A DNA stretch of 64,000 bases from Laetmonice hystrix (taxonomy: Eukaryota). Location: the NCBI GenBank assembly GCA_965235115.1, contig OZ249436.1, positions 49,166,001-49,230,000 of the forward strand. Reading direction: 5' to 3'. A program made the position numbers and the translations under genes. The notes beneath the pieces are model-generated. The model was given only the letters and a program-made list of their open reading frames with translations. It was not told the DNA's origin and searched no databases. Below are positions 61,840-64,000 of the stretch, piece after piece (the first letter of the stretch is position 1; each line of letters starts with the position of its first letter).

Positions 61840-63344
61840 TTAATATAATCTATTCCATATTACCGCCCACTTTTTAAGAAATCTCTGTATTTTGTTTGTA
61901 TTTTTTGCAACTTCACTTTCTACCATCAATTCCCCTTTTAACCTTCTTTGGAAACCTCTTAGCTCTGGACTACATTCCTTTAGTTTGCATCCATAAATAT
62001 AATATTTCCCTAAAACTATAATACTGTTCCATACATTCGTGTTTTCATCTTCCGACAAGTCACCAAATAGAATGTGCGCTTCGGATAATTGAACATTGCT
62101 ATTCACAGTTGTGTTAAACCAAAATTCTACTTGTCTCCAAAATATTTCTACCTTGGAACACCTATAAAGCAAGTGGTAGAGTGTTTCTTTTTCAGTGTTA
62201 CAAAATGTACATTGATCTGTTTTTGTGACACCCATTTTAAACAACAACGGATTTAAGGCCACTATATTGTGTAAAACTTTATACTGGAATTCCTGGATTT
62301 TCTTATTCTTCCATAAAGTTCCATATATTGTGTAAATTCTGTTCCATGTTATTGTATCAAAGTGAAATACAGCATTATGTTTCATTTTTCCCGATGATTC
62401 AAGGCATAACTTTCCCTGTAAGAGAGTTGTATACATTTCCTTTGAAGAAATTGTCTCTAAAGGACAATAACTATCCGTCCCGTTAACCTTCCTTATCAAA
62501 CTCAACTTACTCGGTTCACTCTCTACAACCAATTCTTTTTTCTTTCTTGTAACAGCACTTACTAAACCTCTCCATAACATAAAATATTTCTTATCTAATC
62601 CCCTGCTCACCCAAACATCGAAATCAATCGGCTTTCCTTCTGAAAAAAGGTCCTGGGGGTACCATATGCCACATTCTAGCATACTTCTATTGAAGACTGT
62701 GTGGCTACTGATTTTAATATCTTTATTATTCCATATGAGCACTTTTTCTCTATTCCCGACCTCTAACCATGTTTTCATTACTTCTTGTTGATAAATAGGT
62801 AACTGCGCCACGTGGTCCTTACCTATATTGCTATGTATTAAGATATTTATACCCCCTTTATCGTAAAAGAAGTTGTTAAACACTATTTTCCAGTCATGGT
62901 CAACCCCGTAAAAATACCGTTTTAAACATCTTAATCGGGAAGCTTTTATACGTGTTTCTAAATCAAGCATCTTCTGTCCTCCACTTTCATATTCACAGAT
63001 CAAAACTTCTTTTTTAATTTTCCCCCTGCTCTTTCCTTTCCAGATAAACGCCCAAATTATATTATTAATCGTCGTAACCGTTTCCTTTGGCATGGGCAAA
63101 ACTGAGATTACGTAATCCAACTTTGATAGGCCTAACATTTTACTTATTAGTATTCTTCCATTTAAAGTTAAATCTCTCATTTTCCAAATGTTCAGTATTG
63201 TTTTGAGTGACTCGACTTTAAATTCATAATTCGCTCTATACATTTCTTGTTTGTCATGACTAACATGTATTCCTAATACTTTCTGAGTTTTATTATTCCA
63301 TTTGACATCAAGTGCATGGTTTCTCTTTCGAATGTTTCATAGAC
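61840..63344 (-). pseudogene. LINE ORF2 C-terminal fragment (RT thumb region and zinc knuckle)
   Basis: GSMKHSKEKP / LDVKW...KVLGIHV with a 1-nt frameshift near 63311-63317, then 467 open codons to TAA at 61840. Confidence 0.88.
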
Positions 63345-64000
63345 CCAATAGATCTACCCTCAACATAGCCCGTCTGGTTATGGTGTATTATATCAGGAAG
63401 TACCTTTTTAATTCGATATGCTATTACTTTGGTCATGAGTTTATAATCTGTATTTAGTAGTGAGATTGGGCGCCAGTTTTTAAGTGATAACCTATTTTTT
63501 CCTTTATCTATTAGAGTTATTACAGCTTGTCTTTGAGATATGGTCAGTATTTCTTTGTTGTAACTTCTATTGTAACATAATACTAATATATCCTTAATGT
63601 CATTCCAGAAATATTTATAAATTTCTGTTGTAAGCCCATCATTTCCCGGTGATTTGTTGTTCTTAAACGTTTTTAGAACTGTTTTGCACTCTTCCTCGGT
63701 TATTTGTCCTTCACAGCCTTCTTTCTGTTCCGACGTTAGTCTTGGAAGTGAGGTAGGGTTTACGAAATTATTTGACTTATCTTCCAGATCTATTTGTGGT
63801 ACTTTCTCCTTATAAAGATTTTCATAAAAGCATTTTTGCTCTAGTAAGATAGCTTTTGGGTCTGTTATATATTCTCCTGGTGTAACTTCTAATTTACGAA
63901 TATGTTTTTTAATGGAATTTCTCTTTTCTAGGTTCATAAAATATTTAGTATTCCTTTCTCCCTCCTCATACCATTTTGCCTTTGCTCTTAATATAACTCC
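63345..64000 (-). pseudogene. LINE ORF2 fragment: endonuclease-RT linker and RT N-terminal motifs
   Basis: Open from the window edge (GVILRAKAKWYEEGERNTKYFMNLEK...) to GRSIG; no QG/YADD motifs follow. Confidence 0.88.

Larger units (their letters stand above)
61404..64000 (-). mobile_element. L1/Tx1-clade non-LTR retrotransposon, 3' portion (runs off the window end), internally deleted
   Basis: Poly(A) tail seen as T-run 61404-61426, directly preceded by AATAAA on the element strand. ORF2 motifs KSPGNDG, WRPISLLNTDYK, QTGYVEGR, WKMRDLTLNGR, and a C-x2-C-x8-H-x4-C knuckle at ~62158-62211. Confidence 0.93.

Overview
Eukaryotic (metazoan) DNA, probably a marine invertebrate bilaterian; no prokaryotic operons, rRNA/tRNA genes or CRISPR arrays were found. 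The main feature is a + strand, intron-rich Ras guanine-nucleotide-releasing factor gene (RasGRF; ortholog of vertebrate RASGRF1/2). I traced 22 coding exons by hand from 6709 to the stop codon at 50086-50088. All introns are GT-AG and all phases join in frame, giving about 1219 codons covering the C-terminal DH domain, PH2, a REM domain split by a long Ser/Pro-rich insert, and the CDC25 RasGEF domain. The N-terminal PH1/coiled-coil/IQ/early-DH exons were not found and probably lie upstream of the window. The introns hold at least ten unrelated minisatellite arrays (12-85 bp units) and several hAT- and Harbinger-like MITEs. Downstream are a ~530-bp direct duplication, a GACGTC-rich repeat with 12 perfect CRE palindromes, and a young-looking L1/Tx1-type LINE on the minus strand whose RT catalytic core appears deleted at a microhomology. 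The best leads are: a splicing hotspot in the PH2-REM linker intron (24-nt microexon, zero-length AG|GT ratchet site, poison-like exon); an array repeating the U1 snRNA 5' end / antisense 5' splice sites; and repeat-amplified CRE, CCAAT and CTCF-like motifs. Homology statements come from recalled family motifs, not from alignments I ran.
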